Both the position numbers and the translations under genes were made by a program. Positions 1 through 10,600 of a stretch of 64,000 nt of DNA are shown here, piece by piece. Source of the DNA: Escherichia coli. Its GTDB lineage: Bacteria; Pseudomonadota; Gammaproteobacteria; Enterobacterales; Enterobacteriaceae. Below the pieces are notes generated by a model. That model did not search any database. It was given only the letters and a program-made list of their open reading frames with translations, and had not been told where the DNA came from. The stretch lies in assembly GCF_024223415.1 (NCBI RefSeq), contig NZ_CP100500.1. One strand, written 5' to 3'. Position 1 is the first letter of the stretch, and every line of letters begins with the position of its first letter.

Positions 1-865
1 GCTTAAGCAGCGTCAGCGGCGCGAGGATCGGCAGCAGCCCGGCGCGATAGTTGAGGATCACCTCCCGCAGCTCGCCGCGCTGGCGGCTGTTCAGCTGGTC
101 GCGGAAATAACCCTGAATATGCATCAGCACGTTGGTGTGGTTTTTCCGCGAGGCGGGCCGCTTGAGGATCGCCATCAGCTTTTCGCGATAGACCTCGAAG
201 AAAGCCTCCAGATCCTCCCATTCATGCAGCGAGGCGACGAAGGGGACGATCTCGCGGTAGCCCGCCTGGTGGTGAGCCAGCAGCTGCAGCTTGTAGCGGC
301 TGTGAAAGGCCAGCAGGCCGTGGCGGGTCAGGCCGCGGGCGCGCAGGGCGTTGAGTTCATGCAGGGCGAAGACGCGCTCGACAAAATTCTCCCGCAGCAG
401 CGGATCGTGCAGCCGGCCATCCTCTTCCACCGGAAGCCACGGGTAGCGCGCCATCAGGGCGCCGGTAAACAGCCCCACGCCTTCCTTACGCCCGCGATTG
501 CCTTTTTCATCATACAGCCGCACGCGCTCCATCCCGCAGCTCGGCGATTTGGCGCAGACGATAAAGCCCGACAGCTCGCCCAGGGTTGCCAGATGGGCGT
601 TGGCGAAATCGGCCATCTTCTCCGTCACATCCTCGTGCGGGGCGTGGCTGAAGCGCATGCGGATCTCCCCGACCGGGGTCTGCACCAGCCGGAGCGCCGG
701 GCGGGGAACGGGCAGGCCGATCGCCATCTCCGGGCAGACGGGCTTAAACGCCACCCACTGCGCGAGCTCATCCATCACAAAGCCCATACGCTTATGCCCG
801 CCGTCGAATCGCACGGCTGAGCCGGTTAAACATCCGCTGATCCCAATGACAGGTTGCGTGTTCAT
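1..865 (-). CDS. DUF523/DUF1722 (YbgA-like) fusion protein; 5' portion only, 3' end lies beyond window start
   Basis: Minus-strand frame from ATG at 865 translates MNTQPVIGISGCLTGSAVRFDGGHKRMGFVMDELAQWV... then ...DGRLHDPLLRENFVERVFALH; no stop before window edge; ATGA overlap with upstream gene stop at 862-864. Not in ORF track because it has no in-window stop. Confidence 0.75.
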   Translation of the reverse strand, partial: MNTQPVIGISGCLTGSAVRFDGGHKRMGFVMDELAQWVAFKPVCPEMAIGLPVPRPALRLVQTPVGEIRMRFSHAPHEDVTEKMADFANAHLATLGELSGFIVCAKSPSCGMERVRLYDEKGNRGRKEGVGLFTGALMARYPWLPVEEDGRLHDPLLRENFVERVFALHELNALRARGLTRHGLLAFHSRYKLQLLAHHQAGYREIVPFVASLHEWEDLEAFFEVYREKLMAILKRPASRKNHTNVLMHIQGYFRDQLNSRQRGELREVILNYRAGLLPILAPLTLLK

Positions 866-1413
866 GGCGCTGTCCTCGCTTCTGCTGTGGTTCGGGTAAA
901 GAAAAGGGTCACGGTGGCCACCGTAATGCCGAATTTCTTCATCTCGGTTTTGTTAAACAAATGGCTGCCGTCCTGCAGGAACATCCAGTCGTCAAAGTGC
1001 AGCAGCCACCGGCTGCCGCTGGCCTCGACGTTCATGCTGTAGCGCCAGTGAAAGGCATTGCCTGCCGCCTGGCCGCTGGCCACGCCTTCGATATCCCCGG
1101 CGGTGCCCTGATAATGGTTATCGCCGGTGCGGCGAATGCGCCACACCCGCTGCTGTTTCTCGCCATCGTCATAGACAAAGCGCTCATGGAGCGTCAGGGT
1201 GTCGCCGACGACGTCGCCATCGATCGCTACATGGAAGCGGCGCAGCTGTTTACCGCGGCGATCCTGCACCATCCCCCACGCCTCGGTTCGACCCTGAAAA
1301 TAGTGGAAGATGTCGAGGGCGGGCTGCTGCTGCCGGTACTCGGTGACCTCGGTGCTGCAGCCGGCGAGCATCAGCATCAGCAGCGCCAGGCCACGGGTCA
1401 GAATGCGTTTCAT
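862..1413 (-). CDS. DUF3833-like lipoprotein
   Basis: Internal start of track ORF 862..2007: MKRILTRGLALLMLMLAGCSTEV (lipobox LAGC); start overlaps stop of the upstream gene (ATGA at 1410-1413). Confidence 0.65.
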   Translation of the reverse strand: MKRILTRGLALLMLMLAGCSTEVTEYRQQQPALDIFHYFQGRTEAWGMVQDRRGKQLRRFHVAIDGDVVGDTLTLHERFVYDDGEKQQRVWRIRRTGDNHYQGTAGDIEGVASGQAAGNAFHWRYSMNVEASGSRWLLHFDDWMFLQDGSHLFNKTEMKKFGITVATVTLFFTRTTAEARTAP

Positions 1414-1934
1414 GGTGTACCTCCGATCAACTGCTGACGCAGTTCGGGATAAGTGGTGCGCGGATCGAGCCAGATGGCGAGAAATCGGGTGCTGAACGCC
1501 GCCGACTGGTGCGGGCCGAGCGGGGTAAAGGCGGTCTGCGCGGCGCTGGAGCGGTACCAGAACTGCCCCTCGCCGCCGCTGACCACGAACGCCAGCTGGC
1601 TGCCCGACGCAACGTCCGGCCAGATCCCCTGCAGCATGCGCAGCCAGGCTTCGCTGCGCGGCTCCTGCTGCAGAATGCCCTGCGCCTGCCACTGGTCGCG
1701 GGTGGCCTCCACCAGCGCCTCGCGATCGATGTCGCGCCGGTAGGTGATGATCAGCGCCCGATCCTGCTGCGGGCCGGCATACCGGCCATTGGGCGTGCGC
1801 AGCTGTGAGTGATAGACGGTGAACGGCCCCCAGGTGAGGGTCGCCTCGCCGACGCGGCGCCACGTCAGCCAGTCGGCGGCGTGGGCCGCCGGGGCGAGGG
1901 CGCTCAGCCACAGCAGTAACAGGGCGAATCTCAT
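1410..1934 (-). CDS. chalcone-isomerase-like periplasmic protein (tentative family)
   Basis: 174-aa ORF with N-terminal signal peptide MRFALLLLWLSALAPAAHAADW; translationally coupled to neighbours on both sides. Confidence 0.5.
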   Translation of the reverse strand: MRFALLLLWLSALAPAAHAADWLTWRRVGEATLTWGPFTVYHSQLRTPNGRYAGPQQDRALIITYRRDIDREALVEATRDQWQAQGILQQEPRSEAWLRMLQGIWPDVASGSQLAFVVSGGEGQFWYRSSAAQTAFTPLGPHQSAAFSTRFLAIWLDPRTTYPELRQQLIGGTP

Positions 1935-2125
1935 TTTTGCCTCCCCATCCCCAGATGGAACAACAGCATGAGCACCAGCCAGCCGCAGGCCATGGCGGCC
2001 ACGGCAAGCGCCGTCGGTACCAGCAGGGTCACGAACTCCCCCTCTTCGGCGCAGAACGAGATTTCCCTGGCGGCATAGAATTCGCCGAAGGTTTTGGTCA
2101 CCTGTTCCAGAACCAGTTTTGACAT
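1931..2125 (-). CDS. small hypothetical membrane protein, first gene of a 4-gene minus-strand operon
   Basis: 64-aa ORF with hydrophobic C-terminus; ATGA overlap with downstream gene; AT-rich divergent promoter region 2126-2340 upstream. Confidence 0.4.
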   Translation of the reverse strand: MSKLVLEQVTKTFGEFYAAREISFCAEEGEFVTLLVPTALAVAAMACGWLVLMLLFHLGMGRQK

Positions 2126-2340
2126 GAGTCTCTCTTCTATCGGTTAAAAAGATGATTATTAAATTTACATACTAAACATTAAATTTATGTGACACAGATC
2201 CTTAAAGCTAAAAAATGATCTAAATATCAAATTAAAAGCATATAAAACAATGGATTAACCATAAAATAACAAAAACATCTTTCACATTTAAATTTAAGTA
2301 GTAAAGTTAATTACCATCTTACATTCGAGAGGAAAAGAAG

Positions 2341-3171
2341 ATGGCGTTTAACTTTCACCGGGCGGCAGAGGGGATCGTGCTGGCCAACAGCCACCGAGGT
2401 TATTCCAGCTGCGCGCCGGAGAACACATTCCCGGCCTTTGAAGCCGCCCGCCTGGCGGGAACCCACTGTATTGAAATCGATATCCACCTGACGGCGGATA
2501 ACCAACTGGTGGTCACGCACGATCACCGTATCGACCGGGTATCCACCGGACACGGATTTGTGGAGCAGATGACGTACCCGCAGCTGCTGGCGTGCGACTT
2601 TGGCGTGAAATACCATCCGTCGTTTGCCGGAACGCGCATCCCCTTGCTGGCGGACGTGCTGCGCTGGGCGGTGGAAAACAGCATGGGGCTGATTGTTGAG
2701 GTCAAACAGCGCAACCGCCATGACGAGTTTGTGGCGGCGCTGGTTGCACTGCTGCATGAGCATCTGGATGCCCTCGGCCATATCCAGTTGCTGGGCTTCA
2801 ACCATGTGCTGATCAACCGGGTGAAGGCGCAAATCCCGCAACTGGCGTTACAGGTGGTGACGCTGGAGCGCTACAATAACCAGCTTGCGGCGGTACAGCA
2901 GTCCAATGCCGGATGCGTCTGCTTTGAGTTCGAGTTCGCCCATATCGACGACCTGCGGGCCTACAAAAATGCCGGACTGGGCGTGCGGATGTATCTGCAT
3001 GAAATGAAAAACGGCATGACGCCGCTGGAGCAGTACGACTATAAATTCGGCTGTGACAGTCGTCCGGTGATTATCGGCTGGATGCAGGCGGGGCTGATTG
3101 ATATGCTCAGCCACGATGATATTCCGTATTTGCAGGGACTGATTGAAGAAGCAGGCCTGCGCTGGAACTAG
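2341..3171 (+). CDS. glycerophosphodiester phosphodiesterase (GDPD) family protein
   Basis: 276 aa; N-terminal HRGYSSCAPENTFPAFEAA...IEIDIHLTADNQLVVTHDH pattern typical of GDPD; RBS gagaggaaaag upstream. Confidence 0.8.
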   Translation: MAFNFHRAAEGIVLANSHRGYSSCAPENTFPAFEAARLAGTHCIEIDIHLTADNQLVVTHDHRIDRVSTGHGFVEQMTYPQLLACDFGVKYHPSFAGTRIPLLADVLRWAVENSMGLIVEVKQRNRHDEFVAALVALLHEHLDALGHIQLLGFNHVLINRVKAQIPQLALQVVTLERYNNQLAAVQQSNAGCVCFEFEFAHIDDLRAYKNAGLGVRMYLHEMKNGMTPLEQYDYKFGCDSRPVIIGWMQAGLIDMLSHDDIPYLQGLIEEAGLRWN

Positions 3172-3186
3172 AAAAATAAGGACACC

Positions 3187-4299
3187 ATGAACGCCCACTC
3201 TGAACGCCTTGAACTACGTGGTTCGCAGCGCCTGCTGCTGGAACTGATCCGTCTCCACGCCCCGGTGACGCGGGCTGAACTGGCACGGCTGTCGGGACTG
3301 ACGGCGGGGGCGATCACCCAACAGTGCCGAGAGCTGATGTTCTCCGGCCTGGTGGTGGAAGGGGAGCGCAATACCGGGCAGCGCGGCCAGCCGTCGCTGC
3401 CGTTGCGCCTTAACCCCGGCGGCGGTTGTGCTATCGGGTTGTCGTTCAGTCCCGGTTTTATCGATATGACGGTGGTCGATCTCAGTGGTCGCCAGCTGCT
3501 GTCGCTTTGCGAAGCACATCAGGAGAATCAGCCACTGGAGGCCTCTCTCGCGCAGATCAAAACCTTGGTGGAGAAAATGCTGAAAAAGCGCCAGCTCCAG
3601 CACGCACGTATTCTCGGCATTGGCTATGCAGTGCCCGGATTTCTGAAAGCGGATGGTCGCAAGCGCCACAGCGTACCGTGGCTGGAGAGCTGGCGTGAGG
3701 TAGATCTCCAGCAGGCGTTTGCCGACAACCTGCCGTGGCCGACGTGGGTGGAAAATAATGCCAACGCCTCGGCGGTAGGTGAACTGTACAGCGGCAAATG
3801 GAATGCGTACAGCGATCTAACCTTTATCGACCTTGGCTACGGTATCGGCGCGGGTATTATCTCCGGGAATAAAATGCTACGCGGCGGGTTCTGCAATGCC
3901 GGTGAAGTCGGGATGGCGTTTCCATCCGGTACACCGCGCCCGTCGTATAAGGATTTGCTTGCCACACTGGAGCGTGAAGGATTCAGTGAAACTAAGCTAC
4001 CGGAGCTGATAGCCGGGCAGCACCCACTGCTGGAAAGCTGGTTTGAACGCTGTCGTGGCCAGGTGGAGCAGACGCTCTTCAGCTGTGTGCAGTGGGTAGA
4101 CCCGCAAATCATCGTACTCGGTGGCGCGATGCCGAAACCAATTATCAGTCGTCTGGTGCAGGAACTGAATCAACTGATGGAAGCCTGCCTCGATCCCAAC
4201 CGCCCCAGAGTGAAGTTAGCTGCCTCTTCGATGGGAGCACAGAGTGCGTCATGCGGCGCGGCGATGCTCCCGTTGTATAAGGTGATTAATAATGGATAA
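3187..4299 (+). CDS. ROK family transcriptional regulator (NagC/Mlc-like)
   Basis: 370 aa; N-terminal HTH (VTRAELARLSGLTAGAITQQCREL) and ROK sugar-kinase-like core; 15-bp gap after GDPD gene suggests an operon. Confidence 0.8.
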   Translation: MNAHSERLELRGSQRLLLELIRLHAPVTRAELARLSGLTAGAITQQCRELMFSGLVVEGERNTGQRGQPSLPLRLNPGGGCAIGLSFSPGFIDMTVVDLSGRQLLSLCEAHQENQPLEASLAQIKTLVEKMLKKRQLQHARILGIGYAVPGFLKADGRKRHSVPWLESWREVDLQQAFADNLPWPTWVENNANASAVGELYSGKWNAYSDLTFIDLGYGIGAGIISGNKMLRGGFCNAGEVGMAFPSGTPRPSYKDLLATLEREGFSETKLPELIAGQHPLLESWFERCRGQVEQTLFSCVQWVDPQIIVLGGAMPKPIISRLVQELNQLMEACLDPNRPRVKLAASSMGAQSASCGAAMLPLYKVINNG

Positions 4300-4393
4300 G
4301 AAGTTATGTGATTGTTGCTTCTGAAAGTGATATTTTATGTTGTTAAAATGTAAAGTAATAATACAATGAGCTATCCATGATGGGGTTCTGTAA

Positions 4394-4747
4394 ATAAACA
4401 AAACACTCTCTTCAATTCTGCTCACCTTCGGTATTTGTGTATCATCACTGGCTACTGATAAAAACAGAACCGTCAGTTTTCCACGATGTGAAGGGCAGGA
4501 ATCATCGGCTGTTGCAGCCAGCGTCAAACGGGACTATCTCCAGAAACAGGTGCTTCACTGGAAAGATGACTAGGTGATCTTCAGTCAGCAGCATCCTGTT
4601 GTCTGGGTGAATCTTCGTGAGCTGGTAAGTAAAAGTGATAATTTAGTCACAGTGCATCTCACCGCCCGGGGGAAGAAAGCCGATATTCAGTATCGGGTGC
4701 GCATTGACTGTAAGAACGAAAACGCTATCTGGCAGCGCCAGAGATGA
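4394..4747 (+). pseudogene. inactivated copy of a small secreted protein gene (paralog of 53079..53433)
   Basis: Aligns with the 53k copy, but ATG is ATA at 4394-4396 and an in-frame TAG sits at 4571-4573; encodes ...RTVSFPRCEGQESSAVAASVKRDYLQKQVLHWKDD*. Confidence 0.6.
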
Positions 4748-4878
4748 ACGTATGGAGATAATCACAGAGTATGAACAAAAGGACTCTACATGTTCATTAT
4801 GACTAAAAAACGCTGTTTTATTTTACGTTGCTGTCATAACGTGTTTATCTCAATTTTCGGGAACATGTTCTTAGCGGT

Positions 4879-4964
4879 TAGACTGGCCCCCTGAATCTCC
4901 TGCGTTTGAAGGACAGTAACAGGTTAAGTGATAACAGATGTATGAAAATATAGAGATACATCCA
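4879..4964 (+). mobile_element. IS2-like end sequences without internal genes (miniature or internally deleted IS2 derivative)
   Basis: tagactggccccctgaatctcc at 4879-4900 matches the recalled IS2 left inverted repeat; ggttaagtgataacagatgt...atcca at 4922-4964 resembles the IS2 right end. Confidence 0.45.
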
Positions 4965-5364
4965 AGGAAGAGCCACTTTTGCGCCGTTCGTGACAGTTTT
5001 GTCATGTCCTTGCTCCGGCCTGGTTTTATGTTCATAAGTCCTTCTTCACCAGTATCTTTGTAAACCTTCACCCAGTGCCAGATAATGGTTTCATTTGATA
5101 TATTAAACTGTGTAGTGGCCTAGCGCATGGTAAGTTCTTCACTCAAACCTTCAGGACAACTGTCAGTCGAAACTCAGGAGAGCCGCGGTCATTTTGCCAT
5201 GTAATACCATCAATACCGTGGAGTTGCCAGCCCTTGACCCAGCATCGCTCTGATGTTTCTTCAACACCAAAACGTTCAGCGGTACGACGTGTACCATCGT
5301 GTCCGGCAATATAATGATTAACTACAGCTTATTCGGTTTAGAGAAAATATTTTGGCTTTGCCAT
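4965..5364 (-). pseudogene. IS3-family transposase orfA remnant (IS150-group-like), with stops and frameshifts
   Basis: Minus strand from ATG at 5364: MAKPKY... then ...VVNHYIAGHDGTRRTAERFGVEETSERCWVKGWQLHGIDGI... in shifted frames; cut off at the IS2-like ends near 4964. Confidence 0.55.
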
Positions 5365-5797
5365 AAAAACTAACCTTAATCAGTTGGATGTCCAACTTTT
5401 GGAGGGAGAGTCCAACGATGGTACAGGATTTATTCATGTTAATTTTTCACAAACTCCTTTATTCGTGTGATGTTAATCACAAAATACCAAAGAGAACGTT
5501 GAAAAAATAATGATACATTGTAAAAGATATATTAATTAATTTTTCATAATTTTATTATATATGCTGCATGTCAATTATTTATATACCAAAAACCGAACAA
5601 AAATATTTATTATAGGTATTATGAAATAACCTTTCCATATTGTTTATTTTAATGCAATCAGCACAGATTACTTCAAAAATATAATTAGATGCATGAAAAG
5701 GGAGAAACAATATATTTTATTGTTTAAGATATTTTGTTCAACATGTATGCTGAGAGATAAACTTATCGATACTTAAAAAATCCGAAAAGGAGGAATA

Positions 5798-7357
5798 ATG
5801 ATAATAAAAAGAGAAAGACGTTTCCTGAGAACAGTAGAATGGCTTGGCAATGCACTTCCTCATCCCGTCATCCTGTTCATAATATTAACAATTTCCTTAA
5901 TTGTAGTTTCGATGATTGGACAATATTTTAATATTAGCGCCCCAGACCCAAGACCACCTGGAGCTAAAGGCCGGAATGATGATGGTATTATTTATATTGT
6001 AAGTTTACTGGATGCAGATGGAGTTCGTAAAATTCTTTCGAATCTGGTTACTAATTTTACGGGATTTGCACCACTGGGCACTGTTCTGGTTTCTCTTCTT
6101 GGTGTTGGTATTGCAGAACGGTCCGGGTTAATTTCAGCAACCCTTCGTCTTATTGTGACAAAAGCCCCTGCAAAAGTAACAACTATAGCTGTTGTCTTTG
6201 CCGGTATCATGTCCAACATGGCTTCAGAACTTGGCTATGTCGTTTTAATACCACTTTCGGCAATACTTTTTCATTCTCTGGGAAGACATCCCTTGGCCGG
6301 GCTTGCTGCTGCTTTTGCGGGAGTCTCGGGTGGCTATTCAGCAAATTTAGTATTAGGTACAATCGATCCGCTCTTGTCAGGAATCACCCAGCAAGCAGCG
6401 CAAATTGTATCATCTGATTATATTGTAGGGGCTGAATCCAACTGGTATTTTATGTTTGTCAGTACATTTTTTATAACACTCATGGGGTACCTGATAACAG
6501 AAAAAATAGTTGAACCACAGTTAGGGAAATACAAGGGTGGAGGGTTCAATCAGGATGAACAGTCAATTCGTAATTCATCTGATGTTACAGCAGTTGAGAA
6601 AAAAGCGTTAATGCTGTCCTTTTTATCTGTACTTCTACTATCTGTTATTGTTGCCATTCTGGTTATTCCTGAAGATGGAATCTTACGTAATCAACAAACA
6701 GGATTAATCAGCAATTCTCCATTTCTTAAATCAATAGTGGCTTTCATTTTCATATTCTTTTCATTAGCTGGTGTAGTATATGGATATACAGCGGGAACAA
6801 TAAAAAATAGCAAAGATATTGTTGATGCCATGACTCATTCAATGAGTACATTAGGACTTTATCTGGTCATTATATTTTTTGCCTCTCAGTTTGTAGCTTT
6901 GTTTAGCTGGACAAATATTGGTCAGGTTATTGCGGTTAAAGGCGGGAGTTTTCTGAATAGTCTTGATTTGCCAGATTCCGTAATATTTATTGGATTTATA
7001 TTGATTTGTGCTGTCATTAATTTAATGATTGGGTCCGCATCTGCTCAATGGGCAGTAACAGCACCAATTTTTGTTCCTATGTTAATGATGGCAGGATATG
7101 CCCCTGAAGTAATACAGGCTGCTTATAGAATTGGAGATTCAGTAACAAACATTATTACTCCAATGATGAGTTATTTTGGGCTTGTTATGGCTATTGTACT
7201 TAAATACAAAAAGGATGCCGGTGTTGGGACTTTGATATCAATGATGCTTCCATACTCCATAGTTTTCCTCGTCGGGTGGTCTGTATTCTTTGTTATATGG
7301 GTCTTTGTACTGAACTTACCCGTTGGCCCCGGGGCATCGACCTATTATCTCCCATAA
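5798..7357 (+). CDS. AbgT family transporter (p-aminobenzoyl-glutamate transporter family)
   Basis: 519 aa, multi-pass membrane protein; NFTGFAPLGTVLVSLLGVGIAERSGL motif typical of AbgT/MtrF; strong RBS aaaggagg; AT-rich relative to backbone. Confidence 0.8.
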   Translation: MIIKRERRFLRTVEWLGNALPHPVILFIILTISLIVVSMIGQYFNISAPDPRPPGAKGRNDDGIIYIVSLLDADGVRKILSNLVTNFTGFAPLGTVLVSLLGVGIAERSGLISATLRLIVTKAPAKVTTIAVVFAGIMSNMASELGYVVLIPLSAILFHSLGRHPLAGLAAAFAGVSGGYSANLVLGTIDPLLSGITQQAAQIVSSDYIVGAESNWYFMFVSTFFITLMGYLITEKIVEPQLGKYKGGGFNQDEQSIRNSSDVTAVEKKALMLSFLSVLLLSVIVAILVIPEDGILRNQQTGLISNSPFLKSIVAFIFIFFSLAGVVYGYTAGTIKNSKDIVDAMTHSMSTLGLYLVIIFFASQFVALFSWTNIGQVIAVKGGSFLNSLDLPDSVIFIGFILICAVINLMIGSASAQWAVTAPIFVPMLMMAGYAPEVIQAAYRIGDSVTNIITPMMSYFGLVMAIVLKYKKDAGVGTLISMMLPYSIVFLVGWSVFFVIWVFVLNLPVGPGASTYYLP

Positions 7358-7668
7358 AGTCAATCATACATATCATAATGGAGAATATTATTCTCCATTT
7401 CCAGGCTGAATCAATATTAAACCCATGCAGCCATAAAAACTTTAGCATTTTAAGTGTCAGGATGTTTCTATGTAAAAATCACAATAATTTACACAACACA
7501 AATAAATATATAGTTGATTACATTGAAGATTGCAATCACAATGTAATTAAATAGAAAATCAATTGTATGACTCCGGCTCAATGCCGACTTAACATCTGTA
7601 TGCTGAGGTAAGTTTACGCTTCCGACTTTCTGTTATTTTGGTGATTATATTTTCAGGGGAAATTAAAA

Positions 7669-10600
7669 ATGAATAAAGTTTATTCCCTTCGCTACAGCGC
7701 TGTGGCCCGGGGCTTTATTGCTGTATCTGAGTTTGCGAGGAAATGTGTTCATAAGTCTGTCAGAGGCCTGAGTTTTCCGGTTTTATTACTGTCCCCCGTA
7801 CTTTTCTCTACAGGAGGCCTTGCGGGAACAGTCAATAATGAACTTGGCTATCAGTCATTTCGTGATTTTGCTGAGAATAAAGGTATGTTCCGCCCGGGAG
7901 CAACGAATATCGCCATTTATAATAAGCAGGGAGAGCTTGTCGGCACGCTGGAAAAAGCGGCTATGCCGGATTTCAGTTCCGTAAATTCAGGAAACGGTGT
8001 GGCGACACTAATTAACCCGCAGTATATCGCCAGCGTGAAACATAACGGGGGATATACAAACGTCAGCTTTGGTTATGGTGAAAGCCGTTACAATATCGTG
8101 GACCGGAATAATGCGGCGTCACTGGATTTTCATGCTCCCAGACTGGATAAACTGGTGACAGAGGTTGCCCCGGCTGCGGTGACGGCGCAAGGGGCAGTGG
8201 CTGGCGCATATCTGGATAAGGAACGTTATCCTGTTTTTTATCGTCTTGGCTCCGGAACCCAGTATATTAAGGACAGTAACGGACAGCTGACACAAATGGG
8301 AGGAGCATATTCCTGGCTGACTGGCGGGACTGTCGGTAGTCTGTCATCCTATCAGAATGGAGAAATGATTAGCACCAGTTCAGGTCTGGTTTTTGATTAC
8401 AAACTTAATGGTGCAATGCCCATTTATGGCGAGGCCGGTGACAGTGGTTCGCCTTTATTTGCTTTTGATACTGTTCAGAATACATGGGTTCTTGTTGGTG
8501 TTCTCTCTGCGGGGAATGGAGCGGGGGGCAGGGGAAATAACTGGGCTGTTATTCCACTGGATTTTATCAGACAAAAATTTAATGAGGACAATGATGCCCC
8601 GGTCACATTCAGAACATCGGAAGGTGGTGCGCTGGAGTGGGGCTTTAACAGCAGCACCGGAGCTGGCACGCTGACACAGGGAACCACCACATATGCCATG
8701 CACGGGCAGCAGGGAAATGACCTGAATGCCGGTAAAAATCTGATATTTCTGGGACAGAATGGACAGATTGACCTGAAAGACAATGTTGCACAGGGGGCAG
8801 GTTCTCTGACATTCCATAATGATTATACGGTTGCAACTTCAAACAACAGTACCTGGACCGGTGCCGGTATTATTGTGGATAAAGGCGTGTTCGTAAACTG
8901 GCAGGTTAACGGTGTTAAAGGCGATAACCTGCATAAGATTGGTGAAGGTACGCTGACGATACAGGGCACGGGTATCAATGAGGGTGGTCTGAAGGCCGGG
9001 GACGGAACCGTTGTTCTGAAACAGCAGGCAGACAGTAACGGGCAGGTGCAGGCCTTCAGTAGTGTGAATATTGCCAGCGGACGACCGACAGTAGTGCTGA
9101 CTGATGACCGGCAGGTAAATCCGGATAACATCTCCTGGGGATACAGGGGAGGTATTCTGGATGTTAACGGTAATGATATTGGCTTTCACGAAATAAAGGC
9201 GGCAGATTATGGTGCTCAAATCCACAATGGCAGTAACAAAAATGCAATAATCTCTCTGGTTATGCATGATGCCATTAAGTGGACCGGGAAAGATACACCA
9301 AGAATTTTAGGTCGGGTTTATGAGTATTTCAATGATGAAACGCAGAAGACTGAATTCTTTATATTAAAAACCAGCAGTATTGCGTGGTCTCCTTCGCCTG
9401 GAGAAAAATTTTTTCCGGATATGTTCAGAGGTGCTGATTATTTTAATACTCTTGAGGATGCGGACAAAGAGGCCAGAAAAAATACACAATATATTTTCCA
9501 TGGTAAATTAACCGGTAATATCAGTTTTAACCCGAAGAGTGCCGGTACGTTTGTTATGGATGGTTCTGCTGATATGTCCGGAACCTTCACCCGGGAAAAC
9601 GGGCGTCTGACACTGCAGGGTCATCCGGTTATCCATGCATACAATACACAGTCTGTGGCTGACAAACTTGCTGCCAGTGGAGACCATTCGGTTTTGAATC
9701 AGCCCACGTCATTCAGTCAGGAGGACTGGGAGAATCGCAGTTTTACCTTTGACAGACTGTCACTGAAGAACACCGATTTTGGCCTTGGCCGTAATGCCAT
9801 GCTGAACACCACGCTTGAAGCAACAGATTCGACTGTCACACTGGGCGACAGCCGGGTCTTTATTGACAAAAACGACGGTAACGGTACGGCTTTTACGCTG
9901 GAAGAAGGCACATCAGAAGCGGTGAAGGATGCAGACCGTAGCGTGTTTAATGGCAGTGCTGTTCTGTACGGGAAGACGACGCTGGATATCATGAACGCAA
10001 CCTTTAATGGTGATATCAGCGGTCATGCCGGCTCGCATGTGGAGTTGTCGCGCCGGAGTCACTGGAATATGACGAAAAGCTCCACGCTGGATTCGTTCAG
10101 AAGCAAAGGCGGGACGCTCTCCTTTGTGACAGACAACTGGTCGCCGAAAACGCTGACGGTAAACACACTGCATGCCAGCAGTATGAATATCGCCATGGGG
10201 GTCAGCACCGCCGACAACACGGGCGACCGGATTGATATCCTGAATAAGGCAACGGGGGGACATAACACACTGGACCTGTCCTCCCTGTTTGATCAGACTG
10301 TCACACTGAAAAATGACCTGACTCTGGCATCTGCACCGGTCGGAACTTCTCACGGGTACTTCTCCTTTGCCAGCCTGAACAGGGGGTTTACTGTTTATAC
10401 CCCTGACACACAGGTGCAGGAGAAAGACGGCAGAGTTTACTGGCAACTGAAAAATAACGCTGGTCTGGCGGACTCACAGGCACAACCGGTATCGGAAAAT
10501 GAAATCCGGATGGTTGCGGCGGATGGTGATAGTGGTAACAACCGCGCGGATGAATCTGGTTCCGCTGTTTCCGGAAAGAACTCAGAGGTTACCGTGAAAG

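Noticed and set aside
119-820. 233-aa + strand ORF at the window start
   Set aside because: It is the antisense shadow of the minus-strand DUF523/DUF1722 gene in GC-rich DNA; its translation is low-complexity (R/Q/G/H-rich), while the minus strand gives a clean conserved protein.
862-2007. 381-aa minus-strand ORF
   Set aside because: It is a read-through artefact: the real gene is the 3' 184 codons (lipoprotein from Met at 1413); the upstream part overlaps the separate 1410..1934 gene in another frame.
3214-3669. 151-aa minus-strand ORF inside the ROK gene
   Set aside because: Antisense to a well-supported ROK regulator ORF; no independent evidence.
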